64,000 bases of DNA from Thermodesulfobacteriota bacterium (GTDB lineage: Bacteria > Desulfobacterota_D > UBA1144 > Nemesobacterales > UBA2774): NCBI GenBank assembly GCA_965223335.1, contig OZ244991.1, forward strand, positions 416,001 to 480,000. Reading direction: 5' to 3'. Position 1 is the first letter of the stretch; every line of letters starts with the position of its first letter. Below the pieces are notes generated by a model. It did no database searches. It was not told the origin of the DNA and worked only from the letters and a program-made list of their open reading frames with translations. Below are positions 31,531 through 42,237 of this stretch, one piece after another. The position numbers and the translations under genes are program-made.

Positions 31531-32964
31531 TTAAGCTTTTTGATCGCTCTTGATTAATACACTGGAAGCGGCTTCCGGTTCCTTGAGCGTAGACCTGGAC
31601 ATTAATGTCGAACCCCCCGACTCCGCAATCTGCTGGAAGTCCGGGTATGACATCATGCCGTGCTCGCCTAGATCAAGCCCCTCAATCTCCTCTTCCTCAG
31701 AGACCCGAAGCCCCATTGTCACTTTAATCACGAAGAAGAGAATGAACGCGCATATTACAGTGAACACTCCGTATGCCGCCACCCCTATGAGCTGTGTTAC
31801 GAAACTATGCTCTGGGTTCGTGCTGAAAATTCCTACCGCCAACGTACCCCAGATCCCGCACACCAAGTGCACGGATATGGCACCCACGGGGTCGTCAATC
31901 TTAAATATCCTGTCAAAAAGTATTACGGAACCCACTACTATGCCCCCAGCTATGAAACCAATAATCACCGAAGACATAGGTGTCATCACATCGGCTCCTG
32001 CAGTTATGCCCACAAGTCCAGCGAGAGAACCGTTTAGAATCATAGACAGGTCCGGTTTCTTGAACACTATCCACGACACCAGCATCGCACCCATAACTCC
32101 CGCTGCGGCAGCCAGCGAGGTTGTAACGAACACAAGCGATAAAGGACCCGGATCTGCCGATAGCACAGAACCGCCGTTAAACCCGTACCACCCGAACCAA
32201 AGCAAAAACACACCAACGGTTGCAAGCGGTAGGCTGTGGCCGGGGATAGGTTTTATCCCGCTCTTGGTATACTTGCCAAGCCGTGGCCCAAGCAAAAATG
32301 CCCCTACCAGTGCTCCCCATCCGCCTACGCTGTGTACAAGTGTAGATCCTGCAAAGTCATAGAAGCCCATAGTGTCCAACCAACCGCCGCCCCATTTCCA
32401 AGAGCCGGCTATTGTGTACACAATGGCTACGAATATAGTCGAGAATACGAGAAAACTGCTTAGCTTTATGCGCTCCGCCACAGCACCGGAAACGATAGTT
32501 GCAGCGGTAGCAGCGAACATTGCCTGGAATATAAAATCAGTCCAATAGGTGTAACCCCCGTCGGCATACTGAATTAGCCCTGCCGCCCCCTCAGGCGACG
32601 CTATCCCGAACCCCGCAAACCCGAAAACATGTCCTAAGGAGAAATCCCCCGGATACATGAGGTTAAAACCCACTAGGGCATAGGTGATGATACCTATAGA
32701 TATGATAGATACATTTTTAAATAGAATGTTTACGGTGTTTTTAGCCCTGGTGAGCCCGGATTCAAGCGAGGCAAAACCAAGGTGCATAATAAATACCAGT
32801 ATAGTTGCAACCAGCATCCACACATTGTTTGCAACAAATAAAGCATTATCAGCAGCACTCTCTGCTTCCTGGGCACCTGCTGTCATGGTGCTCGCCAATA
32901 TGATGGCTAGAGTACCTATACTCAATATATATTCTTTACGGTTATACAATCGCAATCCTGTCAT
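31531..32964 (-). CDS. amtB: Ammonium transporter
   Basis: FQAMFA, DFAGSTLVH, WFGWYGFNGGS, DDPVGAISVH. Confidence 0.96.
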   Translation of the reverse strand: MTGLRLYNRKEYILSIGTLAIILASTMTAGAQEAESAADNALFVANNVWMLVATILVFIMHLGFASLESGLTRAKNTVNILFKNVSIISIGIITYALVGFNLMYPGDFSLGHVFGFAGFGIASPEGAAGLIQYADGGYTYWTDFIFQAMFAATAATIVSGAVAERIKLSSFLVFSTIFVAIVYTIAGSWKWGGGWLDTMGFYDFAGSTLVHSVGGWGALVGAFLLGPRLGKYTKSGIKPIPGHSLPLATVGVFLLWFGWYGFNGGSVLSADPGPLSLVFVTTSLAAAAGVMGAMLVSWIVFKKPDLSMILNGSLAGLVGITAGADVMTPMSSVIIGFIAGGIVVGSVILFDRIFKIDDPVGAISVHLVCGIWGTLAVGIFSTNPEHSFVTQLIGVAAYGVFTVICAFILFFVIKVTMGLRVSEEEEIEGLDLGEHGMMSYPDFQQIAESGGSTLMSRSTLKEPEAASSVLIKSDQKA

Positions 32965-33019
32965 TTACAAATCCTCCCCTGCAAGGTTCTTAATTCTCGA
33001 ATCTTTTGCACTTGCTAAG

Positions 33020-33035
33020 TGCAAAACCTATGCCA
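33020..33035 (-). promoter_or_regulatory. Sigma54 promoter of amtB
   Basis: TGGCATAGGTTTTGCA (GG-N10-GC). Confidence 0.82.
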
Positions 33036-33146
33036 GGTTTGGAAATGCAATGCCGGAGCAAAAATTACCTAAGCTATCCGATCCAAATCATTAAAATTTC
33101 TAAGGTACTAACGTATAGGCGGGAACTTAAGTCAATAATCGGAATT

Positions 33147-33163
33147 TGCTTACAAACTAAGCA
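33147..33163. promoter_or_regulatory. NtrC-type upstream activator site
   Basis: TGCTTA-CAAAC-TAAGCA (TGC-N11-GCA) about 145 bp upstream of the predicted amtB start site; half-site 21 bp further out. Confidence 0.6.
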
Positions 33164-33235
33164 CGCAAGACTTTTTTAAAGGCACACTTAATCTAGACAC
33201 TTAAGAAGTTATAGATATAGCTAATCAAGAATAAA

Positions 33236-34576
33236 TTATTCGATTTCCAGCGCTTTACCTTTAGTCTCAGGAAGGGTTAATACAACTCCTGCAGCTAGAA
33301 TAGCAAAAACTGAAACCGACGTAAGCCCTACTGCGAAACCGTATTTTCCTACCAGGTACCCGATCAATGGGGGTGCTACAGCCGACACCCCTCTACCCAC
33401 GTTATAGCAGAACCCTTGAGCTGTGCCCCTAGCCCTGGTGGGAAAAATCTCAGAGAATATAGCACCGAACCCGGAATAAAACCCCGTACCGAAAAACCCA
33501 ATAAACGGACCCAGGATCAATACCTCTTTAAGAGTAGTAGCATGACCGAAAAACCACACGAGCACAGCCATCGCCAACAGGTAGGCAACAAACACAGGTC
33601 TTCTACCCAACCTGTCGCTGATCATGCCAAACGTATTACACCCTATAAACGCACCTATATTGATTGGTATAATCCATATGAATCCCTTTGTATCGAGACC
33701 AACCCCTTTTTCGCTGGCTAAGAACTGTGGAAGCCAGAAATATAGCCCCCAATATGCAATCATACAAAGGCTGGTCAGCAATGTGGCAGTGATTGTATAA
33801 CGGATAAGATCTTCTCTGAAAATCTGACTAAGTGTAAAACTCTGTGCCTTTTCGCTTAACTGCTTCTCTTTGCGCATCTCATTGGTCTTTTTCCAGACCT
33901 CAGGTTCATCCAGATGTCGCCTTATATAGAAAACTAAGAATGCAGGTGCTACACCTATGAAAAAGAGGATCCGCCATCCCAGATCTATACCGTCTAATGT
34001 TATTCCGAAAGGCAGAGCGTACATCGTGCCCTCTTTAAAATACGGGATGATTAGAGTAGCTAAGCCGGCTGCTAAAATATATCCTACAGCCCACCCGCTC
34101 TGTACCATACCAATAACTTTTCCTCTATGCTCTTTAGGCCATTTCTCTGCTACTAATACCTCGCCCGAAGCCCATTCCCCTCCCATACCAAGCCCCAAGA
34201 ATATGCGGCATACCAAGAGAAAAACTACATTGGGTGAGAACGCACTTAGCCCGGTAAACGCAGAGTAAACAATAATAGTCCATGTAAGCGCCCGCACCCT
34301 CCCTATATAATCCGATAAGATTCCAAATGCTGCACCCCCGAACGCCGATGCAAACAGCGTTACGGAAAAAAGCGCCCCTACCCAAGCCGGGGACAGATTA
34401 AAAACCTTGCCGATACTACCCACAGCAAAGGCAAATAAGAGGAGATCCATCGCATCGAGTGTCCATCCCAAAAACGCTGCAATAAATGCTCTCCACTGAT
34501 CTGTGTTTATATCTTTATACCAACCGAATAGCCCTCCCCCATTTGAAGCAGAAAAGCCCGATTGATTTTCACTCAT
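33236..34576 (-). CDS. MFS transporter (aromatic acid/sialate-type)
   Basis: GWTLDAMD, SDYIGRV, GLGMGGEW, SEIFPTRAR, LPETKG. Confidence 0.92.
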   Translation of the reverse strand: MSENQSGFSASNGGGLFGWYKDINTDQWRAFIAAFLGWTLDAMDLLLFAFAVGSIGKVFNLSPAWVGALFSVTLFASAFGGAAFGILSDYIGRVRALTWTIIVYSAFTGLSAFSPNVVFLLVCRIFLGLGMGGEWASGEVLVAEKWPKEHRGKVIGMVQSGWAVGYILAAGLATLIIPYFKEGTMYALPFGITLDGIDLGWRILFFIGVAPAFLVFYIRRHLDEPEVWKKTNEMRKEKQLSEKAQSFTLSQIFREDLIRYTITATLLTSLCMIAYWGLYFWLPQFLASEKGVGLDTKGFIWIIPINIGAFIGCNTFGMISDRLGRRPVFVAYLLAMAVLVWFFGHATTLKEVLILGPFIGFFGTGFYSGFGAIFSEIFPTRARGTAQGFCYNVGRGVSAVAPPLIGYLVGKYGFAVGLTSVSVFAILAAGVVLTLPETKGKALEIE

Positions 34577-34794
34577 TTAGAATCCTCCCTATATACCTTT
34601 ATACGTTGACATTTTTTCCATCCTACTAAATTTGGATAGTTATGTCAATCCCGCTAAAACCCGCTACGAAGAAAGTATACTGCAACATAGGTACAATATT
34701 AGATAATTAAATTGTTACAGATACTTATCCACCACTCGGCATCAAATATCCACCTTGACTTAGATTACCCCCGGCGTTAAATTGTTAATCTACG

Positions 34795-36108
34795 ATGGGT
34801 AAAAGATCGCTATATATAGAGACCTACGGGTGCCAGATGAACGAGTACGACTCCGATAGGATCAAAAACGCACTCGATGCCGAGAGCACCGATAAACCCG
34901 ATAAAGCCGATATTATCATCGTAAACACCTGCGCTATTAGAGAAAAGGCCGACCAAAAAGCGTTTAGCAGCGTAGGAAAATACAAACACCTGAAAAAACG
35001 AAACCCCGAGCTCATTATCGGGATCTCGGGCTGCGTGGCACAGCTCTATGGAGACAAACTCCTACACCGCATGCCTCATGTGGACTTCGTACTGGGGCCA
35101 CGGGCCATCCCCAAACTGCCCGCTCTCATAAGCGAGATAGAGCATACACACAAACCCTCGGTAGAAACCTCTTTTGATATAGAAGAGGTGTTTGAGTTCG
35201 AGCCCTATCATGTGGAGGGCAAGGTCACGGCATTTGTATCGATACAACAGGGGTGCAACAAACGATGTACTTATTGTATTGTGCCCAACGTCAGGGGCAG
35301 TGAAGTAAACAGGCCTTTAGAAAATATATTAAGAGAAACGAGATCGCTTGTATCCAAAGGGGCAAAAGAGATCACGCTTATTGGTCAGACTGTAAACTCA
35401 TGGAAGCAAAACGGCTACAAATTCGGCGATCTGTTGAGTGCGGTCTCAGATATTGAGGACTTGGAACGTATACGGTTCACGACCTCGTACCCGAGGGATG
35501 TAACGAAAAAAATGCTCGAAGCCATGAGGAACAGCGAAAAGGTTTGCCGGCACATCCACCTCCCGGTGCAGTCGGGCTCAGACAAAATACTGAGTGCAAT
35601 GCAGAGAACCTACTCTAGTGAATGGTACCGTGACGCTGTCGAGAGACTTAGAGACTACGTGCCTGAAATCGCGATCTCCACAGACATAATCGTGGGATTC
35701 CCAGGGGAATCCGACGCAGATTTTGAAGAGACTATGGAGCTAATGAGGGTCGTTGAGTTCGATGCGGCATTCTCGTTTATTTACTCGCCCAGGCCCCATA
35801 CACTTGCAGCCGCAATGCATAACGAGAACAATGTAGAGAGCTCGGTTGCCAAAAAACGGCTTGCAACACTACAGGCATTACAAAAGGACACCACACATAG
35901 CAAGAACATAAAGAGAGTCGGGGAGACAGAAGCGGTGCTTGTCGAGGGGTCAAGCAAAAATGATGAAAACATGTCGTGGTACAAGGGCAGAACTACCCAC
36001 AACAGGATTACCAACTTTGAATCCCCTGTGGACTTAACGGGCAAAATAGTGAATGTTAAGATAAGCGAAGGGCTTTTAAATTCCCTAAGGGGCGAGCTTG
36101 TAGTATAA
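34795..36108 (+). CDS. miaB: tRNA-2-methylthio-N6-dimethylallyladenosine synthase
   Basis: TYGCQMN, NTCAIREKA, CNKRCTYC radical-SAM motif, TRAM domain. Confidence 0.96.
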   Translation: MGKRSLYIETYGCQMNEYDSDRIKNALDAESTDKPDKADIIIVNTCAIREKADQKAFSSVGKYKHLKKRNPELIIGISGCVAQLYGDKLLHRMPHVDFVLGPRAIPKLPALISEIEHTHKPSVETSFDIEEVFEFEPYHVEGKVTAFVSIQQGCNKRCTYCIVPNVRGSEVNRPLENILRETRSLVSKGAKEITLIGQTVNSWKQNGYKFGDLLSAVSDIEDLERIRFTTSYPRDVTKKMLEAMRNSEKVCRHIHLPVQSGSDKILSAMQRTYSSEWYRDAVERLRDYVPEIAISTDIIVGFPGESDADFEETMELMRVVEFDAAFSFIYSPRPHTLAAAMHNENNVESSVAKKRLATLQALQKDTTHSKNIKRVGETEAVLVEGSSKNDENMSWYKGRTTHNRITNFESPVDLTGKIVNVKISEGLLNSLRGELVV

Positions 36109-36127
36109 TATATGAGGAGGTAATTGC

Positions 36128-36604
36128 ATGTTCATGCAAATGAAGGTCACAGGAATAGCGTTAGACCCTTTTACCAATACCCCGATCGTAATACTAAAAG
36201 ACGAATCTGAAGACAAAACCCTTCCCATCTGGATTGGGTTTATGGAAGCAAGTTCTATTGCAATGGAGCTTGAAAAAACCCCCAGAATCCGCCCCATCAC
36301 ACACGACCTTGTTAAGAACCTCTTTAATACCCTCCAGGTAGAGGTAACAAAGGTAGAGGTAACAGAGCTGCGCAATGACACGTTCTATGCACAGATCTAT
36401 CTGAAAGCTCAAGACAATGAATACTCTATTGATTCGAGGCCAAGCGATGCAATTGCGATAGCGCTTCGCACAGAATCACCTATTTTCGTACATGAAGATG
36501 TAATCACAAAGTCCAAGAAAATAGAGATAGACGAAGATAAAGAAAAGCTCTCGGATCTTTTAGAGAACCTACCCGAAGGTGACTTCGGCAAATATAAGAT
36601 GTAA
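36128..36604 (+). CDS. Bifunctional nuclease family protein (DUF151)
   Basis: LPIWIG..EA, RPITHDL, DSRPSDAIAIA. Confidence 0.93.
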   Translation: MFMQMKVTGIALDPFTNTPIVILKDESEDKTLPIWIGFMEASSIAMELEKTPRIRPITHDLVKNLFNTLQVEVTKVEVTELRNDTFYAQIYLKAQDNEYSIDSRPSDAIAIALRTESPIFVHEDVITKSKKIEIDEDKEKLSDLLENLPEGDFGKYKM

Positions 36605-36648
36605 AACTTGCGGTGTGAAAATATAGCGGTGTAAAAAACGCCCTAGCC

Positions 36649-38088
36649 CTACCCTTCTTCGGCCAGTTCCATATCCTCGTCGGCTTCATCAGCATCAGCG
36701 TCTTCAATCAACTCGTGCTTAGCCAGACGATATCTAAGTGAGCGTAGTGTAATACCCAGCAGTTTGGCAGCCTCTGTCTTGTTGCCGCCGGTTGTGCGGA
36801 GTGCCTTTTCTATCATCTTCTTCTCTACGTCCCCAAGTAATGTGTCTAGGCTTGCACTCGAGGTAAAGCTGGTGTCTAGGTCCAGATAATCCCGCCCGCT
36901 CACAAGCTGGGGCAGGGTTTCCTGACGGATAACATTAGAGCCTTCCAAAGCGACACACCGCGCAATAATGTTCTCAAGCTCCCTTACGTTACCCGGGTAG
37001 TGGTAATTCTCCAGAACCTCTAAGGCTTTAGGAGAGAGTCCCCGAATATCCTTGCCCATCTCATCCGAGTACTTGTTAATAAAATGTATTGCTAAGGGCG
37101 AAATATCCATCCTCCGCTCTCTAAGGGGCGGGAGAACTACCTTTATAACGTTTAGGCGATAGTAAAGGTCCTCTCTAAATTTCCCGCTTGCTACCTCTTC
37201 TTCCAGCTTTTTATTAGTAGCCGCTATCACTCGAATGTCTACAGCTACCGGCTCTGTGCTTCCCAGAGGTCTTATCATCTTATCCTCAAGCACACGGAGC
37301 AGTTTTACCTGCAGGTGCATAGGCAGATCACCGATCTCGTCAAGGAATATCGTACCGGTATGCGCCTCTTCAAAGAGCCCATTTTTGTCCCTGTTGGCAC
37401 CCGTAAAAGCCCCCTTTTTGTAGCCAAAGAGCTCACTCTCCATTAACGATTCAGGAATGGCACCGCAGTTTACCGGTATAAAGGGATTCTCATTTCTACT
37501 GCCGCAGTAGTGTACCGCCCTTGCTACTAGCTCTTTACCCGTTCCGCTCTCACCGGTTATCAACACGTTTACATTCAGCTCAGCCACGCGTTTGATCAGC
37601 TCAAACACCTTTACAATTGCAGGGCTTCTGCCGATAATGTTGCCAAATCCGTATTTGGTCTCGAGCTCTTTTTTAAGCCTGGTGTTTTCCCTCTCGAGCT
37701 TTTTTCTCTCTAGGGCTTTTTTGATGACTAACTTTATTTCGTCAATTTTAAAGGGTTTCGTAATATAGTCATACGCACCCAGCTTCATGGCCTCGATTGC
37801 TGTTTCGTGCGATGCGTATGCGGTGATCATGATCACGGTGGTATCGGGGCTCTTTTCTCTTATGTTCTTGAGCACCTCTATACCGTTCATGATGGGCATC
37901 TGAATATCCACAACCGCCAGATCAAACAGAGATGCGTCTATTTTCTCAAGCGCTTCCGGACCGTCCGATGCAGTTTCAACCCCGTACCCGTCTTTCTGGA
38001 GCATGATCTCCAGAAACTCTCTCATCCCCGGCTCATCATCAACAACTATTACCCTACTCTCGTTACTCGACATATGTTTGCTCTCCAC
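36649..38088 (-). CDS. pilR: Sigma54-dependent response regulator
   Basis: REC, AAA+ (GESGTGKE, GAFTGA) and Fis-type HTH; last gene of pilB-T-C-S; alternative start ATG 38073. Confidence 0.88.
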   Translation of the reverse strand: MESKHMSSNESRVIVVDDEPGMREFLEIMLQKDGYGVETASDGPEALEKIDASLFDLAVVDIQMPIMNGIEVLKNIREKSPDTTVIMITAYASHETAIEAMKLGAYDYITKPFKIDEIKLVIKKALERKKLERENTRLKKELETKYGFGNIIGRSPAIVKVFELIKRVAELNVNVLITGESGTGKELVARAVHYCGSRNENPFIPVNCGAIPESLMESELFGYKKGAFTGANRDKNGLFEEAHTGTIFLDEIGDLPMHLQVKLLRVLEDKMIRPLGSTEPVAVDIRVIAATNKKLEEEVASGKFREDLYYRLNVIKVVLPPLRERRMDISPLAIHFINKYSDEMGKDIRGLSPKALEVLENYHYPGNVRELENIIARCVALEGSNVIRQETLPQLVSGRDYLDLDTSFTSSASLDTLLGDVEKKMIEKALRTTGGNKTEAAKLLGITLRSLRYRLAKHELIEDADADEADEDMELAEEG

Positions 38089-38092
38089 TACC

Positions 38093-39727
38093 TCAATGTG
38101 CCACCATCTCGTTCGTTACATCGACTATAGGCAGAGTGATTACCACTGTGGTTCCTTTTTCTTCTTTGCTTGTTAGATTTATCTTCCCATTATAACCTTC
38201 AATGACCTTTTGTACAATTGCAAGCCCCAATCCCGTGCCCACCTCTTTTGTAGTAAAAAACGGGTCGAATATCCTGGAAATCACACTTTCGTCTATCCCA
38301 AAGCCGTCATCGGTGATCTCAACTATCACATTGCCATTCTCTAACTTTGAAGACACATCTATATGACCACCGTTAGGAAGCGCGTCTCTCGAGTTTAAAA
38401 GCAGGTTCCAAGCAGCCTGTTTCAGTCTGTATGAATCCCCCTGCACATATACCCCGTGTTTGATGTCCGAGGTAAGCTCGATGTTTTTTCTAAGCATACT
38501 CCGGCGAAACGAATTTATTGTTTCATCGAGTATAAGCCCCAAGTCCACAGAGCTTGTAAGTTTTTGAAGGGGCATAGTTAAGATTAAGAAATCCTCCACA
38601 AGCAGGTTTACCCTCTCTACCTCTTGTGTGGCTACTTTAACCAGTCTTTTGTTCTGGTCGTTTGTGTCCGCATCGGTGCTAAGGACCTCAACCGCCCCGC
38701 TTATTGCGCTTAGAGGGTTCCTAAGCTCATGCGCAAGGCCCGCAGCCAGCTGACCCAAGAGGGCCATCTTCTCAGACGTGCGCAGTCTATTCTCAAGATG
38801 TTTAACCTCGGTCAGGTCCTGGAATATGATGATGAACCCCAGGTTCACATCCTCGGTGTCTTTTAGAATAGAGGACGAAAACCCCAGTGTAAGCTTCTCA
38901 CCATCGGGCCTGGAATAAAGCATCTGTTCACGGGACTTAGTCATAAACTCCTCGGCACGGACCCCGGGCATGAGTGTGCCGAGCTCCTTCCCCAACACCT
39001 CATATTCTGTATCTATGCCAAGTATATCGAGCCCCATTTTGTTTACAGATATGATCTGGCCTTCGAGGTCAAGCGTGATCACCCCGCTGGTTAGACTCTG
39101 TAGAATGTTTTCGTGCAGATTCTGGAGCCTCCTTAAACTCCTCTCACTCTCCCCAAGCTCTTTTCCCGCGACCTTAATCCTCTCGGACAAATAGCCCCCC
39201 AACAACGCGATCAAAATAAACCCGGTCAAGTGAAAATAGGTAGACACAACCCCACGCTCCCTCCACACACTTTCCGTAACCGCGGCCTGATCCGCTCCTA
39301 TTACCAGATTAAACTTCAACTGCAGCAACACTATCAGTATGTAAAATAGTCCAGAGAACCCGGCTGTAATATAGCTTGCGGTTTTACTAAGCACCACACC
39401 CGCATAAATGATTATCAATACGTATAAGAAAATAAACGGGCTTGACCTGCCACCGGTGATGTATATAGCAGCAGATGCTATTAAGATATCAAGAAAGATC
39501 TGTACGGCTTTAAATAGCTGAGTGCGCGTCCTAAAAACGGGTTGGAGCACCAGATAAACTAAACTAATCAGATACACCACAGCTACAAGCACCGCTAGAT
39601 AGAATGCCTCTGTGCGTGAGCCATTGCCGAAATATACTATTGCGCCCGAACCGATCAGTACAGTGGTGATAATAACCCGCAAAAATATCGAGCTTCGTAG
39701 CCCTATTTCTCTATTATTAGGATACAT
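38093..39727 (-). CDS. pilS: Membrane sensor histidine kinase
   Basis: Multi-TM N-terminus, PAS, AHELRNPL, FFTTK, GTGLGL. Confidence 0.88.
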   Translation of the reverse strand: MYPNNREIGLRSSIFLRVIITTVLIGSGAIVYFGNGSRTEAFYLAVLVAVVYLISLVYLVLQPVFRTRTQLFKAVQIFLDILIASAAIYITGGRSSPFIFLYVLIIIYAGVVLSKTASYITAGFSGLFYILIVLLQLKFNLVIGADQAAVTESVWRERGVVSTYFHLTGFILIALLGGYLSERIKVAGKELGESERSLRRLQNLHENILQSLTSGVITLDLEGQIISVNKMGLDILGIDTEYEVLGKELGTLMPGVRAEEFMTKSREQMLYSRPDGEKLTLGFSSSILKDTEDVNLGFIIIFQDLTEVKHLENRLRTSEKMALLGQLAAGLAHELRNPLSAISGAVEVLSTDADTNDQNKRLVKVATQEVERVNLLVEDFLILTMPLQKLTSSVDLGLILDETINSFRRSMLRKNIELTSDIKHGVYVQGDSYRLKQAAWNLLLNSRDALPNGGHIDVSSKLENGNVIVEITDDGFGIDESVISRIFDPFFTTKEVGTGLGLAIVQKVIEGYNGKINLTSKEEKGTTVVITLPIVDVTNEMVAH

Positions 39728-39847
39728 ATGTATTATAAAGATTAAGTCTTATGTTGCGAGATCGCAACTCCACTGCCCGACGCCCGCTCTGCAGACAACA
39801 GAGAACGATTACATAAAAAATAAAGAATTATTGCAGACTTGTAAACA

Positions 39848-41065
39848 TTAGCCCGCGAGAGTAGAGATAAGCTTGAACATAGGAAGGTACATCGCAACAA
39901 CAATCACACCTACCGTACCACCCAGGAACGTGATCATAAGCGGCTCAAGTGCAGAAAGCAAAGAGGCAACGGCTACGTCTACCTCATCCTCATAGAAATC
40001 GGCTATTTTGTTAAGCATATCCTCGAGTGCACCGGTCTGCTCACCCACCGCTATCATCTGCACTACCATGTGAGGAAAGATCTTGGGCCTTTGAGACAGG
40101 GGCTCGGCAAGTGTCTGCCCCTCGCTTATTGATTTCTTTGCATCCAGGAGTGCTTCTTGAACAATCATGTTGCCTGATGCCTTGGCTGTTATGTCGAGAC
40201 CCTCGAGTATTGCGATACCACCCGCGATAAGTGTTGCGAGAGTACGACAGAAACGTGCCACTGTGGTCTTGAGCAGCAGGGGCCCTATCAACCACATCTT
40301 AAGCAGAAAGGCGTCAAAAAGCCTTCGAATTTTCTCGGATCGTCGGTACAAAGTCCCCGTTAAAAACACCAAAATACCGATTGTAATGATTATGTAGAGA
40401 ATATTAGCTCTAGTAAAGTCACTGATATCTACAACTATTTGAGTAAGTGTGGGCAGATCCGTCCCCATATCCTTAAACATCTCTGCAAACACCGGCACTA
40501 CAAATATTATGACGATTGCCAAAACGAGCACTGCCACACCGATAACAATTGCCGGGTATATTAACGCCCCCTTAATCTTGCGTTTTATTGCATCCATCTT
40601 TTCCAGATAACTCGCAAGCCTCTGCAGTATTACATCCAGCACACCACCTACCTCACCCGCTCGTACGAGCTGTACATACAGAGAGTCGTAGACTTTCGGG
40701 TGCTTGCCTAATGCGTCAGCAAATGTTGCCCCGGCCTCAAGGTCCTCTTTTACCTGTGTGATAATTTCCTTGAACTTAGGTTTAGGGTGTTGTGCCGCTA
40801 GTATATCAAGGCCCCTAACAAGCGGTAAACCGGCATCAATCATTGTAGAGAGCTGGCGGGTAAAGATAACCAGGTCCCTAGTGTTGATCCCCCCGCCTAT
40901 GGAGATGCTGAAGTCTAGGAGTTTGCCTTTGGGTTTTATCCGGTTGGGAATAGGCTGGATCTGCATCTGCCGCAGTCTTGTGAGTACGGCAGATTTGTTG
41001 GGAGCTTCCATCTCCCCTTTTTGGATTGCTCCTCTAACACGTCCTTCCCATACAAAAACGGGCAT
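39848..41065 (-). CDS. pilC: Type IV pilus platform protein
   Basis: FTRQLSTMIDAGLPL, two GspF repeats, YLPMF. Confidence 0.95.
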   Translation of the reverse strand: MPVFVWEGRVRGAIQKGEMEAPNKSAVLTRLRQMQIQPIPNRIKPKGKLLDFSISIGGGINTRDLVIFTRQLSTMIDAGLPLVRGLDILAAQHPKPKFKEIITQVKEDLEAGATFADALGKHPKVYDSLYVQLVRAGEVGGVLDVILQRLASYLEKMDAIKRKIKGALIYPAIVIGVAVLVLAIVIIFVVPVFAEMFKDMGTDLPTLTQIVVDISDFTRANILYIIITIGILVFLTGTLYRRSEKIRRLFDAFLLKMWLIGPLLLKTTVARFCRTLATLIAGGIAILEGLDITAKASGNMIVQEALLDAKKSISEGQTLAEPLSQRPKIFPHMVVQMIAVGEQTGALEDMLNKIADFYEDEVDVAVASLLSALEPLMITFLGGTVGVIVVAMYLPMFKLISTLAG

Positions 41066-41120
41066 AAATCATCATCCTCCTGTTATACATCTGTCAGTCA
41101 TTTATTAATTCTTACGTCCG

Positions 41121-42224
41121 TTACCTGGCTACTCGTTCCCGCATGCCCGAACTTCTTTCCTCGGAACTCCCGATTAATTTTTTCAACTCTTCTTTTTCCT
41201 GCGATTTACCCATTGCATCCTCATAGCTTATCAATTTACGCAGGTAGAGGTCAGACAAACTCTGGTTTAATGTCTGCATCTTCCATTTTTCCTGCCCTAT
41301 CTGCTGCTGCGAGTACACTTGGTGCACCTTGTCCTCTCGTATCAAGTTGCGGATCGCGGGGTTAGGCACCAGCACCTCAACCGCCAGAACTCTACCGCCT
41401 CCTACCTTGGGTATCAGCGTTTGACAAAGCACCCCCTCAAGTACAAACGATAGCTGGGCCCGTACCTGTGACTGTTCGTGGGGTGGAAAGACATCAATTA
41501 CACGGTTTATGGTTTGAACAGCGGTATTAGTGTGCAGGGTGGCTAGCGTTAAGTGTCCTGTCTCAGACAGAGTAAGTGCTATTTTAATGGTTTCAAGGTC
41601 CCTCAACTCACCGATTAGAACCACATCGGGGTCTTCCCTGAGCACACTCTTAAGAGCGTTGGCAAAGCTCTTGGTATCGCTACCAACCTCTCTTTGGTTA
41701 ACAATGCAGTTTTTATGGTCGAATACATACTCTATGGGGTCTTCTATTGTGACAATATGTTCATGGCGTTCCCTGTTGATCTGGTCCACAACACTGGCGA
41801 GTGTAGTGGTTTTACCAGATCCTGTGGGGCCTGTGATTAAAATTAGCCCCCTGGGTTTCCTAGCCATGTCTCCAAGTACCGGGGGGAGCCCAAGTTCTTC
41901 AAATGACTTAAGCACAAAGGGAAGTAAACGAAACGCACCCGCAATTGCACCCCTTTGTGTAAATATATTGCCTCGAAATCGCCCCAGGTTTTCCATACCG
42001 AACGAGAAATCCAGCTCCCAATTCTCTTCGAACCTGTGTTTTTGCATGTCTGTCAACACACTATAGCAAAGGTCTTTGGTCTCAGGCGGGGTCAACGGGG
42101 GATGTTTGAGTGCAACCAGCTTACCGTCGATTCTCACCATCGGGGGTACACCGGGGGTAATGTGTAGGTCCGATGACCCGTTATCTACCATTACTTTTAG
42201 CAATTGATGGAATGCTACACCCAT
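41121..42224 (-). CDS. pilT: Type IV pilus retraction ATPase
   Basis: GPTGSGKTTT, TIEDPIE, AIRNLIRE. Confidence 0.96.
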   Translation of the reverse strand: MGVAFHQLLKVMVDNGSSDLHITPGVPPMVRIDGKLVALKHPPLTPPETKDLCYSVLTDMQKHRFEENWELDFSFGMENLGRFRGNIFTQRGAIAGAFRLLPFVLKSFEELGLPPVLGDMARKPRGLILITGPTGSGKTTTLASVVDQINRERHEHIVTIEDPIEYVFDHKNCIVNQREVGSDTKSFANALKSVLREDPDVVLIGELRDLETIKIALTLSETGHLTLATLHTNTAVQTINRVIDVFPPHEQSQVRAQLSFVLEGVLCQTLIPKVGGGRVLAVEVLVPNPAIRNLIREDKVHQVYSQQQIGQEKWKMQTLNQSLSDLYLRKLISYEDAMGKSQEKEELKKLIGSSEERSSGMRERVAR

Positions 42225-42237
42225 GATATGCCTCCCG

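Noticed and set aside
31550..32362. 270-aa + strand ORF
   Set aside because: Antisense shadow of amtB, with no motifs or SD
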